DNA of 64,000 bases from Pelagomonas calceolata (Eukaryota). Made by a program: the position numbers and the translations under genes. Each line of letters begins with the position of its first letter. Within the stretch, counting starts at the first letter, position 1. The notes beneath the pieces were generated by a model that saw only the letters and a program-made list of their open reading frames with translations, did no database searches and was not told where the DNA came from. The stretch spans positions 5,270,001 to 5,334,000 of the forward strand of contig CAKKNE010000002.1 of NCBI GenBank assembly GCA_918797485.1. Reading direction: 5' to 3'. Shown here one piece after another: positions 52,312 through 62,337 of the stretch.

Positions 52312-53220
52312 CTATTCCTTACCCCCACCACCCCCCACGACGGGAATCGTCACGACCAGCGCCGACAGCTTCTTGGACCACTTCGCCCGCGCCTCCTCTG
52401 ACCGCACCCTTCTAGACAGAGGCGCGTTGAGCCGGTACTCGCGCGCGCGCCCATTTTGTGGAGGCGCGGGCGCGTACAACCGCAGGTGCGTCTCGGAGAC
52501 GTCGAGCTTCGCGTCTCTCGAAGAACAGCCAGGGAGCGTCACCGTCACCACCAATGAATCATCAGCACGCTTCTGGGCGCAGTCTGGTTGCATAACCAGG
52601 GGCGGCGTCGGTGCAGGCGGCGGCTTCGGCTTCGGCGGCTCCACCGGTGCCTCCACTGTGACCTGATCACCTTTCAACACGCGCGACAGCTGGTCGGCCA
52701 CGTCACAAACATTTTTAGTACGTTGGTCCGCCTCCTCATTATCCTTCCGATGTTTTTCGGTCATATCATTGACCAGCCCCGACGCGTCCCCACCGAGACC
52801 CCTTCGTAACTGGTCCTCGCTCAGGCCTTGCTTCTGAAAAAACTCCAACAACGACTTCTCGTCCCCGCAACTTTGCAACTGGTCGAGCTGCCGCATCTGC
52901 TCTTCTATCGCTCGTTGCTCGTCCTGCATCTTCTTCATGTCATTTTTCATCTCCTTGCGGCGTGACTTGATAGAGTCTTGGATCGACGCGGCGGCTCTTT
53001 CGCCTCCCGGCTTCGAGGCCGCTTCTCGTAATCGTTTGGCCTCTTCCAGTCTCATGCGCGTCGCCTTGACTTCCGCCTCCATCTGGTCCAACGCCTGCGG
53101 GTCCGTCCGATGGAGCTCCTGCAGCTTTTTTGTGGTCAGGTCCTTTTTGACCGGTGCCTCATCCTCGTCGGAGTCCGCGAGGTTCTCGAAGCGGCTGTAG
53201 TCTACACTGAATTTGGCCAT
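52312..53220 (-). CDS. Co-chaperone-like protein: DYSRF..L.DSDED N-terminus, coiled coil, C-terminal CS/PIH1-like domain
   Basis: C-terminal VVTVTLPG.....LDVS...L.L...AKWSKK...LVVTIPV resembles a CS domain. Confidence 0.65.
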   Translation of the reverse strand: MAKFSVDYSRFENLADSDEDEAPVKKDLTTKKLQELHRTDPQALDQMEAEVKATRMRLEEAKRLREAASKPGGERAAASIQDSIKSRRKEMKNDMKKMQDEQRAIEEQMRQLDQLQSCGDEKSLLEFFQKQGLSEDQLRRGLGGDASGLVNDMTEKHRKDNEEADQRTKNVCDVADQLSRVLKGDQVTVEAPVEPPKPKPPPAPTPPLVMQPDCAQKRADDSLVVTVTLPGCSSRDAKLDVSETHLRLYAPAPPQNGRAREYRLNAPLSRRVRSEEARAKWSKKLSALVVTIPVVGGGGGKE

Positions 53221-53489
53221 CGTTGTCCAGCACAGTCGATACAGAGGCTGCCCAAAGCTTCGAACTCGAGCAGCCAGATGCACCTAGATAGAGGCACTAG
53301 CTTTGAATCGCGCAGCCACCACCCGTCCGGGGAGGCCTACGCGACCGAGAGACGCTGCGGGGAGGAGTCCTCGGACTAAACCCGACTGGGCTCTGCGGTC
53401 CGCTTGGCAGCGCCGAGTATTGATCAATTGGGAGGCTCCTCGTGGGGCAGCCGTTCGAAGCAATGGACCGACGACGACGATAGCAGACG

Positions 53490-56400
53490 ATGAGGGGAGC
53501 ATGGCTGCTCCTGCTTGGCCTCGGCGGCGCACAGCCGCCCAAGCTGGTGAGGACACCCAAGAGGCCAGCGCCGCGAGTCGTCGACGCGGCCACTAACGAG
53601 GCGGCGCCGGCGAACGCGACGACGGATGAAGCAAGAAGGCGCCTCGCCGCACAACGGGGCGGCGGCCGCACGGACGTCTACCGGCCGGCGCCCGGCAACA
53701 TTTACACGTTCGCGCCGACGGCCTCGCAGACCCAGGAACCGACGCGGGACATGGAGCGCATGCCGCCTCCGTTACTCATGCCGCCGTCGGGCGCCTACGA
53801 TCTTGCGGTTGGCGCGTCTCTATTACACGAAATTCCCGGCACGCAGCTGCACTGCACCATCGAAGGAGTGGACTGCCCCCTGAGTCCTACTGGCGACGAG
53901 TGCGCGCCGACGCGAGCCTCTCCATCTTATATGGCAGGTACCATAATACATCTGTCTGGAACGATGTCGCCCACGATCACGTTGCGATGCATGGCCCGCG
54001 CGCCTTTGGTCGATTTCCCGGAATATTCCCGGAAGGAACCGGAGCAGCAACTCCGAGACTCGGAGCCGCGCGCGCGGACGTATGAGGTGCAGATGGGCAT
54101 GTACGATTATGATAGAAGGGGCTACACGGGCCGCGTGGGCATGGCGTACTTGGTACCATATTACAGAGGCATGAACTACGCGGACGAGGCCGGTTTGACC
54201 ATGCCCGCCTTGTCCGGCCACTCGTCGGACATGGCGTCCGTGGATCTGAACACGTCCTCGTACTTGTCGGTACGAATCCATGGCGTCGACACGGACTTCG
54301 CGGACTTCTACACGATTGATATTGTGAACGACTTGCCCTACTCGAGAGGCACCGGCGCCTACAAGGTCTCGTATTGTGTATTAGAGGATGGGTACGGCGA
54401 CGCGTGCTCTTTAGCATTCCCGTGCAAGAACGGCGAGCCCTGCGAGACCGTCGGAAGGCAAGCGAACAAGCACGACCTCGCGACGTACGCCGACAACGAC
54501 AAATTGAAGGGCTTCTTCCACGGCTTCGTCCAGCACCAGAAGCGCCGATTTACCACCGAAACATTTTATACGGACTATAAGTATTATAGGAGGTACATGG
54601 TGTCTCCCAAAGAAATTCAGGAGGCCGTTAGATATGGAGAGGCCTGGTATCGACCAGCGCATAGGTTCAATTCCTATCCGAGACGCGAGCCGAGCTTTTT
54701 GGGCACGGATTCGTATCCAGACGGCATGGGCGGCTGGGCCGAGGTGCCCGAGAGTGAATCAAGGGCGCCCATGGATTTGGACAATAACGTCGGGCCCGAG
54801 TATTTTGCCGATGGTGGGAGTGTGGGAACGCCGGGAAGCCCGCCGGGCAAGGAGTGGCGCTACAACTTCGAGATCGAGGCGCCGGGGTCCGGCGGCATCT
54901 TCTTGGTGCCGCTGGAGGCGCCCCAGCCCATGCAGGACATCGCGCCCTGGACCGTGTGTGACGCACAGATCAGAGAGGACCCGACGAAAAAAGTTACGAA
55001 CATCAGTAGGCACAACTCCACGTCCTACGGCTTCCTGGCGCCCTTCTTCGACGGCGACAGCTACTCCGGGTCGACGGTGCGGTTGAAATTAGCGACGACG
55101 ATGCAGGAGGTCCGCGTGACGCGGACGTGGATCAACATCATGACTTGTTGTGTGGTCAACATCACGCGGGAGATCTGCGCTTTGAATCGCACGGAGGTGC
55201 GCGACAGTGGCGCCGTGCGCATCACGACCATCGACGAGTACGCGACGGCTTCGATCGAGGTCAACAACACGTTTGATTTGCAGCCGACGCCGAAGCCGAC
55301 GTCCAATAATACGGCGACGACTGCGACGGAAGTCCCCAAGACCATATCCATACCAGCCGCGCCATCCAGGACGGAGGCTTTAGATTTAACGGCGACACAC
55401 GATAGACTGCGCGGCTTCGTCGGAGGCTTCGCGATGCGCGACCACGTCTATTTCGTGCCGCACTTCGACGGGCGCAACCCGGGCCACGTTATCGCGCGGC
55501 TGGAGGCCGAGGACTTCAGTCAAGCAACCGTAAAAGCTCTAGATCTGTGGCGCTGGGACACGAGTCTGGCGGGCTACTTTGGCGGGTTTGGGTATACGAC
55601 GCATGGTGCCGGAATCGAGTACGGGTTTCTCGTGCCGCACGCGGCTTTGACGGGACCAGTAGGCAAGGTGAATTCTCAGCACCCGGCGGACACGTGGGCG
55701 CCGGGCGTCGGCCAGGACTGGAATTTGGACTACTCTGATGGGAGGGACACGTCTACGCGATTGGGAGAGCGCCACTGGTACGAGGAGGGCGGGTCCTTCC
55801 ATTCTGAATACAGAACGGAGGGCAGCCAGCGGACCGCCGTCGGCGGCGACCACACCACCGAATACTTCCACGGCAAGCTCGTGAGATTACATCTAGCGGA
55901 CTTTGAGAGTACGGGGGATGCGCCGTTCGACGTTTTAGATTTGACGGAGATTGATCCGGATCTGCGCGGTTTTGCTGGTGGGAGTGTGGTGGGGCGGTAC
56001 GGGTTGCTCGTGCCGTACAAGAATAGGGTGGGCGACGACGGTTTTTTTGGGAAATTAGTGAAGGTTGATTTGGAGGCTTTTACGGTGGAGGCGGTGCTTG
56101 ACCTCACTAGGCTGGAAATCAATTCCGAGACCACGGAGATTAGTGGAGACGCGTTGCGAGGTTTTGTGGGGGGCGTGTCCTTCGGGAAATATTTTTGCCT
56201 CGTGCCGCACCGCAACAATCGAAGGGATATCAATTATAATAAGCGGGACCATTCTGCTTTAGTGGTCCGGGTCGACGTCGACGACTTTACGATTTCGACA
56301 GGTGTCAAAGTTGTTGATTTATCAAAAGTAGTACGGCAGCAGATCCCGAGCCAGCCGGATAATGAATTGAGGGGGTTTTTACATGGCTTCGCCGCTGGAG

Positions 56401-57218
56401 AATATTTATACTTGGCGCCTCATTTCGGCCGCGACTTCCACGGCAAATTGGTGAGGATCGACATGCGCGACTTCGGGACGCTGGCGGACCTGCAAGCTAC
56501 AGATCAGTCGACGGACGTGCCCGTCGGGACGCCGGGCGCGTACACGGGCGTGCAATATGTAGATTTAGAACGGAGCGACCCGAATTTGGTGGGTTTTAGC
56601 GGCGGCTTCAGCGTGCGGTCGTCGGAACCGACCGTCGAGAAGCCCCTGGACTCGCCCGAAAAACGCAGCGAGTGGTGGGAGCAGTGCCACTACATCCCCT
56701 TGGCCGACGGCGAGGCGGCGTCGTCGTCTTCTTCTAGAGTCGCGCACGTCACGCGCAAGGAATTCTTCGCGAACCGGTATTGTAGCGACGAGCCCGTGAA
56801 GAAGGAGGAGACGGGCAAGTTCGAGAGTCTGTATGTCGTCATGCGCGAGTGTTTGGAATCGCGGATTGGGATAGACGGCGCGTCGGCCTTCTTCCCCTAC
56901 GAGGAGCCCTACTGCTACACGAACTTTAGGATCCCCCTGGACTCGGACCGGCTGCCGGGTTGTAGTAGAGGGACCTACGAGAAGTGCTACTACGAGAACG
57001 AGCCCTATACGTACCTGAGCAAGAACGACCAGGACGAGCTCAATAAAATTGAACTCGCGCACCGCGAGACGTGCTCGGCCTTCCACGACGAGATTGGGTT
57101 GGCGCACTTCTCGACGAGCGAGACGGGCGTCGCCCTCAACGAGGCGACGCCCGGCCTCGTGGAGATCACGCCCGAGGGGGGCGACTACGAGGCGACCTTC
57201 CCGCGCGTCGTGCTTTAA
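53490..57218 (+). CDS. Large secreted protein with repeated beta-propeller-like blades
   Basis: Signal peptide; about 7-8 repeats of LDL....D..L.GF.GG....Y.YLVP...GKLVR.DL..F. Confidence 0.75.
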   Translation: MRGAWLLLLGLGGAQPPKLVRTPKRPAPRVVDAATNEAAPANATTDEARRRLAAQRGGGRTDVYRPAPGNIYTFAPTASQTQEPTRDMERMPPPLLMPPSGAYDLAVGASLLHEIPGTQLHCTIEGVDCPLSPTGDECAPTRASPSYMAGTIIHLSGTMSPTITLRCMARAPLVDFPEYSRKEPEQQLRDSEPRARTYEVQMGMYDYDRRGYTGRVGMAYLVPYYRGMNYADEAGLTMPALSGHSSDMASVDLNTSSYLSVRIHGVDTDFADFYTIDIVNDLPYSRGTGAYKVSYCVLEDGYGDACSLAFPCKNGEPCETVGRQANKHDLATYADNDKLKGFFHGFVQHQKRRFTTETFYTDYKYYRRYMVSPKEIQEAVRYGEAWYRPAHRFNSYPRREPSFLGTDSYPDGMGGWAEVPESESRAPMDLDNNVGPEYFADGGSVGTPGSPPGKEWRYNFEIEAPGSGGIFLVPLEAPQPMQDIAPWTVCDAQIREDPTKKVTNISRHNSTSYGFLAPFFDGDSYSGSTVRLKLATTMQEVRVTRTWINIMTCCVVNITREICALNRTEVRDSGAVRITTIDEYATASIEVNNTFDLQPTPKPTSNNTATTATEVPKTISIPAAPSRTEALDLTATHDRLRGFVGGFAMRDHVYFVPHFDGRNPGHVIARLEAEDFSQATVKALDLWRWDTSLAGYFGGFGYTTHGAGIEYGFLVPHAALTGPVGKVNSQHPADTWAPGVGQDWNLDYSDGRDTSTRLGERHWYEEGGSFHSEYRTEGSQRTAVGGDHTTEYFHGKLVRLHLADFESTGDAPFDVLDLTEIDPDLRGFAGGSVVGRYGLLVPYKNRVGDDGFFGKLVKVDLEAFTVEAVLDLTRLEINSETTEISGDALRGFVGGVSFGKYFCLVPHRNNRRDINYNKRDHSALVVRVDVDDFTISTGVKVVDLSKVVRQQIPSQPDNELRGFLHGFAAGEYLYLAPHFGRDFHGKLVRIDMRDFGTLADLQATDQSTDVPVGTPGAYTGVQYVDLERSDPNLVGFSGGFSVRSSEPTVEKPLDSPEKRSEWWEQCHYIPLADGEAASSSSSRVAHVTRKEFFANRYCSDEPVKKEETGKFESLYVVMRECLESRIGIDGASAFFPYEEPYCYTNFRIPLDSDRLPGCSRGTYEKCYYENEPYTYLSKNDQDELNKIELAHRETCSAFHDEIGLAHFSTSETGVALNEATPGLVEITPEGGDYEATFPRVVL

Positions 57219-57234
57219 GGATTGTACTACTACT

Positions 57235-57822
57235 TTAGGACACCATGCGCACGAGGTCGCCGGCCATGATGGCGCCCTCGACGCGCGTCGATTCTCGCCC
57301 ACCGCGGAACGCGATGATCGTCGGCAGCCCCCCCACGCGCAGCGTCTCGGCGAGCTTCGGATAGGCGTCCGAGTCGAGCTTGCCGACGCGCGCGTTCGCG
57401 CCCAGCTCCGCCGCGGCCTTGCGCAGCTCCGGGGCCATGAGCTGGCAGGGCCCGCACCACGTCGCGTAGACGTCCAATAACAGGGGCGCGCCGTCGTGCT
57501 GCAGCTCCAGCTCGACCTGCTCCGCCGTCAGCTCCGCGACAAGGCCCGGCGTCATCGCGCCCGAGCCGCTGAAGTTCGCGGCCGCTTCCAACGCCTCGCT
57601 CAGCGCCACGACGAGCTCTTCCTTCTCGAGGAAGTTCTGCCAGCGTATGTTCCTCTTCCCCAACTCCGCCTGGAGCTCTTTCACTCTAAGCTTGCGCAGC
57701 TCCTCACGGTCCGGCGAGAGCCTCAGCCGTGTGCAGCGCGCCGTGCGCGGTCGCGGGGCGAAGCCCAGTGTCAGCGCGCAGAGCGTGAGGGTGGCGTAGG
57801 CGTGCCGGGCGTTGTGCAGCAT
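57235..57822 (-). CDS. Thioredoxin with SAP-like domain, likely plastid-targeted
   Basis: WCGPC active site; LRVKELQAEL..R.I....FLEK.ELV; signal peptide ending LGF-AP. Confidence 0.85.
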   Translation of the reverse strand: MLHNARHAYATLTLCALTLGFAPRPRTARCTRLRLSPDREELRKLRVKELQAELGKRNIRWQNFLEKEELVVALSEALEAAANFSGSGAMTPGLVAELTAEQVELELQHDGAPLLLDVYATWCGPCQLMAPELRKAAAELGANARVGKLDSDAYPKLAETLRVGGLPTIIAFRGGRESTRVEGAIMAGDLVRMVS

Positions 57823-58015
57823 CGTGTCGCTGTGTCGCTGTGTCGCTGCACTCTGTGGGCCGGTTGCAGCAAGACCTTGCAGGAGACTTCCCGCGGCCTA
57901 ATTGATGGTGAGGTCCACCGGCTGTGGACTGAGAGTCAGTGCAGCGATACTTGCTTGCTTCTTTGCGCTATGAAAGCCCTCAGAATGCCCTAGCCGCACC
58001 GCGCCGGCCTACTTG

Positions 58016-58037
58016 CTAGCGTATGTAAGACCACTAG
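58016..58037 (+). promoter_or_regulatory. CTAG-bounded upstream motif CTAGCGTATGTAAGACCACTAG
   Basis: Recurrent motif in a divergent intergenic region. Confidence 0.55.
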
Positions 58038-58192
58038 AAACCATCCAAGGTCTTTGCCGCCTCCCTGTTTGGTGCCGTAGAACTGCTCTTTCGTCGTGAG
58101 CATTGACCAGACGAGCTGTGCGACTCGCTGCGTGCAACGGGCGAGCAATAATCACCACATCGGCCAGGCACATCAGCTGCGCACCCCAAGGG

Positions 58193-58320
58193 TCAGCTGC
58201 GCAAATCAGCTGCGCAAATCAGCTGCGCAAATCAGCTGCGCAAATCAGCTGCGCAAATCAGCTGCGCAAATCAGCTGCGCAAATCAGCTGCGCGAATCAG
58301 CTGCGCGAATCAGCTGCGCA
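58193..58320 (+). repeat. 13-bp minisatellite TCAGCTGCGC(A/G)AA, about 10 copies
   Basis: Nine full units plus one partial, with an extra partial copy at 58173-58183. Confidence 0.95.
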
Positions 58321-59240
58321 TGACGACCACCAGTGCCATCGCCGCCTGGGAAGCGGAGGGCTTAAGGCTGCTGGGGACGACAGCCACGCCGGATGAGCGC
58401 GCGGAGCTCAGAGCCGCGGCGGAGCGCCTCGCGCTGGCCTCGCGCGCCCGCAGCGCTCCTGGGTTTGATCGATGCGCGGCCCTGGTGTGCGCGTTCCTGG
58501 GGCCGCCGGAGCTCGGCGTGGTGGCGACATGTTCAAACTCCATGAAGCGTATCGCGCGGGAGGACCACTTGTGGCAGCCGCTGATTCGGCGTTTCTCGTG
58601 CGCGGAAGACATGCGGCGAGCCGGCTCCACGCTCACTGGCTTCCGGGACTATGCGAGGCTAGTCCGGCTCTGGAACCATCCGGACCGTAACTCGTCTGAG
58701 GAGCCGCCGGGAATGGATGCGTACTCTGTGGTTCTCGAGATCAACATTAGCGGCCAGCGCATCGCCGGTGGTCTGTATGAATTAGAGGAAATCAGAGACG
58801 GTCCCTGGGCGGGAGAAGGATTCGGATTTTACGACTTGGACCCTCATGGTCGACTAACACCGACCGCTCTGGAATCCTTCGATGGTGACCCTGTACGTCG
58901 CATGACTGTGTCCGTTTGCGTCGTGCGAAAGAGCGATAAGAAGTGCCTTCACCTTGTCACCGACATTGGTGTTGATGACGCTACTGAAAGGTACATCCTT
59001 TTTGACAGTGAAACTAGCTGCTCATCGTTCAATAACGTTGACCGTGACTACCAGGATGATTATCCTGCGACTCACGACTTTCGATTGTGGGGAGCCGTCT
59101 GGACCGAACCAGGAAATGTCCTGCGTGGCTTCACCAGTCCTCACGGGGAGCTCCGTTTGTGGGACCCCGAGGCAGACCATGCTGCGCTTCCCGCGGAGAT
59201 AATCCTAAAGCGCTGGCACGCGAGTAAGAACTGGGTCTAG
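58320..59240 (+). CDS. F-box-like protein
   Basis: LVCAFLGPPELGVVATCSNSMKRIAREDHLW F-box pattern. Confidence 0.6.
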   Translation: MTTTSAIAAWEAEGLRLLGTTATPDERAELRAAAERLALASRARSAPGFDRCAALVCAFLGPPELGVVATCSNSMKRIAREDHLWQPLIRRFSCAEDMRRAGSTLTGFRDYARLVRLWNHPDRNSSEEPPGMDAYSVVLEINISGQRIAGGLYELEEIRDGPWAGEGFGFYDLDPHGRLTPTALESFDGDPVRRMTVSVCVVRKSDKKCLHLVTDIGVDDATERYILFDSETSCSSFNNVDRDYQDDYPATHDFRLWGAVWTEPGNVLRGFTSPHGELRLWDPEADHAALPAEIILKRWHASKNWV

Positions 59241-59298
59241 GAACACGCCGTCGACGCGCCACTAGCTCTTCTTTAGTTATACAAGCGCCCCCAACTCC

Positions 59299-60393
59299 CT
59301 ACATGAGGATGTCCCCGAGGTACTCCTTGGCGCCCTCGCCCTTGCCCGAAAACGCGCCTGAAGCCCTGGCAAACTTCGTCGACGCCTTGGACTTCATCGC
59401 CTTCACCACACTGGTAATCGTGTCCGGCGACGACGCGAATAAATTGCCCGAGAAGGAGCCGAACTTGTAGAGCACGTCCGAGACCCAGACCGCGTCATAC
59501 CCCGCGTCCCGCAAGTCCCAGGCCTCTTCCGCCTCCTCGAGGCCCTGGTCGTCCCTCGCGTCGACGCGCGCGATCAGCACCAAGTCGTCGCTCTTCATCT
59601 CCTTCACTGCCGAGGCCATGGCGTCAAACGCAACACCTCCTACTACTAACACTGATGCTTTCACATCATCCCGGGCCTGCTGCATGAGCGGCACCAAGCC
59701 TTCCGCTCCTGCCGCTCGAGGAGCGCAGACTATCAACGCCTCCAAACCATACTTGTCCTCTGCCACTCCTTTGAGCTCGTTGCACCTTTCCACTCCAAGC
59801 GTTTCGAGGTTCAGCGTCACGGCCTCGGCGCCACCAACGGCAGCTCGTGCTAATTGGACTTCGTCCACAACGGCGTCCATCCAGACGATGGGCAGCGGTC
59901 CAGGAAAGTCCTCCTTTGCCGTGGCCTGTTCGGCGACAGCAGCATCCAGATCAGCTTCTTCACAACCACCAGCGACGGACTCCATGTTGATTGCGAAGAC
60001 GTTGGCGCCCGCCGCCCGTAACTCGTCGCTCACAAGGGTAGCATCCGGCTGCTCGTACTCCGCAGCACTCATCTTGAGAGCAGCCGGCACTCTCCGGTTG
60101 TACTCGGCGACCACACCCAAAGCGCCGCGCGCCTTCCTCTTCAAGATCCGCCGGCAGTTGTTCTTCGGCCCGTCGTGTTTAATTCCTTCCTTCATAGCCA
60201 CCGCCACAGGGTGGTCGTCGCTCAAGTTGTCGAGGTAGGCGCGCTGCTCCTTCTCCTTCGCCTTTCGTTGGAGCGCGGCGAAGCCCGCTTGTAATGGCGC
60301 GACGCGTGTGGTGTGAACGCGCGCGCGCGGCGGCTGGTAGGCCTGTGCAAGGGCTGCAGCTGCTACAATGAGCGCTGGTCGTCGTCGCGGCAT
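59299..60393 (-). CDS. Indole-3-glycerol-phosphate synthase-like TIM barrel (degenerate active site), plastid-type presequence
   Basis: VVAEYNRR, LPIVWMDAVVDEVQLARAAVGGAEAVTL, GLEALI and AGYDAVWV resemble IGPS motifs. Confidence 0.7.
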   Translation of the reverse strand: MPRRRPALIVAAAALAQAYQPPRARVHTTRVAPLQAGFAALQRKAKEKEQRAYLDNLSDDHPVAVAMKEGIKHDGPKNNCRRILKRKARGALGVVAEYNRRVPAALKMSAAEYEQPDATLVSDELRAAGANVFAINMESVAGGCEEADLDAAVAEQATAKEDFPGPLPIVWMDAVVDEVQLARAAVGGAEAVTLNLETLGVERCNELKGVAEDKYGLEALIVCAPRAAGAEGLVPLMQQARDDVKASVLVVGGVAFDAMASAVKEMKSDDLVLIARVDARDDQGLEEAEEAWDLRDAGYDAVWVSDVLYKFGSFSGNLFASSPDTITSVVKAMKSKASTKFARASGAFSGKGEGAKEYLGDILM

Positions 60394-60803
60394 GGCTGCT
60401 TTGTGATCGCTGCTCTGGTATCTATGCGGAGACCTGGTCAACGAGCGCTGCCGCTCTGGTGCTCGAGCGATGGCGTTTAGGCAGCGCTCTTGGACGACGC
60501 ACCAAGGTCAAACACAGCATCGCGACCTACCGTAACCGCGGATATAGCTCTCGGGCGGGCGACAGAGACGTGCTTTGGACGAATGCAGGCTTCTCCGGTG
60601 CAGTTTGCGGCAGTGCGGTAGACTGGTACTCTTTCAGCTCAAAATCGGCGCCACGGCTCTTGGCCGAGACTACGGGCGCGATTGAGAGTTGCCACGCGTC
60701 TCGAAAGCCGTGCGTTTTGCCGCCCTGCTTTTTACCGTAAAGCTAAGGCCATGCTGGACTGGTATAACTGCCTCGAAAAACAGAGCAACGCGCAAGCAGA
60801 TAC

Positions 60804-62126
60804 GTGACGGTAGCACTGTTTCTGGGCCGCCAGTCATCTCTGGAACGCACGCAAACGAGCGCGCCGCGCGTGTGGCCGCGCGAAAAACGTTTTGTGTATC
60901 TCCAGCTAGAAGAAGCTTCTCGCCGCGCGGCCGCGCGCACGCCGTTTTGCGACCAGAGCAACCGCGGCGCGCCGCCACGCACGCAGAACGCGCACGCGCG
61001 CGCGAAAATCCCGCCGCGCGGCCCGAGCGACCGCGCCGCAGGCCTGGCCCACAACGCGCCGCGTTGTGTTAGATGTCACACAAGATACTGTGACTCGACT
61101 TGCCAACATGACCACTGGCGGCGCGGCCACAAGCAGATCTGTAAACGAATCCACCGCGGCGGCAACGCAGAACAGTATAATGCAGACAAAAAATACAAGG
61201 AGGCCGTCGCGGTCGCGGTCGAGGCGTGCGCCGAGGACACGAAGGGCCAGACGTGCTACATCTGCACGCAGGCCCTCCACTGGAAAACAAAGGAGGGCCT
61301 CGTACGTATGTGCTCGTGCCGCGGGACGGCGGGTTTTGCGCATGTTTCGTGTCTGGCGGAGCAGGCGAAGATTTTGGTGGCGGAGGCCGAGGCGAATAAC
61401 TTGCGGGCCGAGGCCTTTGATAAGAGGTGGAAGCGGTGGTCCTGGTGTAGTCTGTGCGAGCAAGAGTACCACGGCGTCGTGCGGTGCGCGCTCGGGTGGG
61501 CGTGCTGGAAGACGTATGTAGGCCAGTCTGAGGGAGACCGAGTTCGGCGCTATGCGATGAACCAGCTTGGGAACGGTCTATTCGAGGCAGACCACTATGA
61601 GGACGCGTTGACCGTTCGAGAGGCAGAGTTGGCTATGAAGAAGCGCCTTGGCGTGTCAGAGCACAACATCCTCGTCGCACAGGGCAATCTTTCGAACTCG
61701 TATTCTCAGATGGGAAGGCTTGAAGAGGCCTTGCAGATGGATCGAGATGTATACTATGGATCATTGAAGCTCGAAGGCGAAGAACATGAAATAACTCTCA
61801 CAGCAGCCTTCTGCTACACGGCATCACTAATCGATCTGCACCGCCACGCAGAAGCCAAGGTGCTGTTGAACAAAACACTGCCCGTGGCGCGACGCGTTCT
61901 TGGCGAGAATGGTGAGATCACGATCAGGATGAGCGGGAGTTACGCGATGGCGCTCTACGAGGACGACGGCGCCACGCTCGACGAGCTTCGCGAGGCCGTG
62001 GCGACGCTCGAAGCCACGGAACGGACCGCGCGGCGCGTGCTCGGCGGCGCCCACCCAATCACAGGATCGATTGAGAAAGGCCTCCAACAAGCGCGAAAGA
62101 CGCTCGCGGCGTTCGCCGCGCCCTAG
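60804..62126 (+). CDS. MYND-like zinc finger, RING-CH-like and TPR protein; 5' end uncertain (possible acceptor at 61041)
   Basis: CVRC..RYC...CQ..HW..GH...C; CYIC...CSCRGT..FAH.SCL...W..C..C; TPR-like helices. Confidence 0.75.
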   Translation: MTVALFLGRQSSLERTQTSAPRVWPREKRFVYLQLEEASRRAAARTPFCDQSNRGAPPRTQNAHARAKIPPRGPSDRAAGLAHNAPRCVRCHTRYCDSTCQHDHWRRGHKQICKRIHRGGNAEQYNADKKYKEAVAVAVEACAEDTKGQTCYICTQALHWKTKEGLVRMCSCRGTAGFAHVSCLAEQAKILVAEAEANNLRAEAFDKRWKRWSWCSLCEQEYHGVVRCALGWACWKTYVGQSEGDRVRRYAMNQLGNGLFEADHYEDALTVREAELAMKKRLGVSEHNILVAQGNLSNSYSQMGRLEEALQMDRDVYYGSLKLEGEEHEITLTAAFCYTASLIDLHRHAEAKVLLNKTLPVARRVLGENGEITIRMSGSYAMALYEDDGATLDELREAVATLEATERTARRVLGGAHPITGSIEKGLQQARKTLAAFAAP

Positions 62127-62337
62127 CCAAGTCGGCGCGCGGGCCGCGAACGGGGCTTTAATCGTCTTAATTGGTACGAGACTCTAATTCAAGGGGTGGT
62201 CGCACGTCTGCGGAAAGCCCAAGCTAGCGGCATCGACGCACTAGCTTGGATTGCGTGTGCTCTCGGCACTTGGGAGATCATCTGCTCTGCACGCGAGCTA
62301 GTGGACGCATCGGTGCAGGAAAGGGCTCGTGGCAATC

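Noticed and set aside
58193..58320. CRISPR-like or telomeric array
   Set aside because: Units are contiguous 13-mers with no spacers, no cas genes are present, and the array is internal to a eukaryotic gene region.
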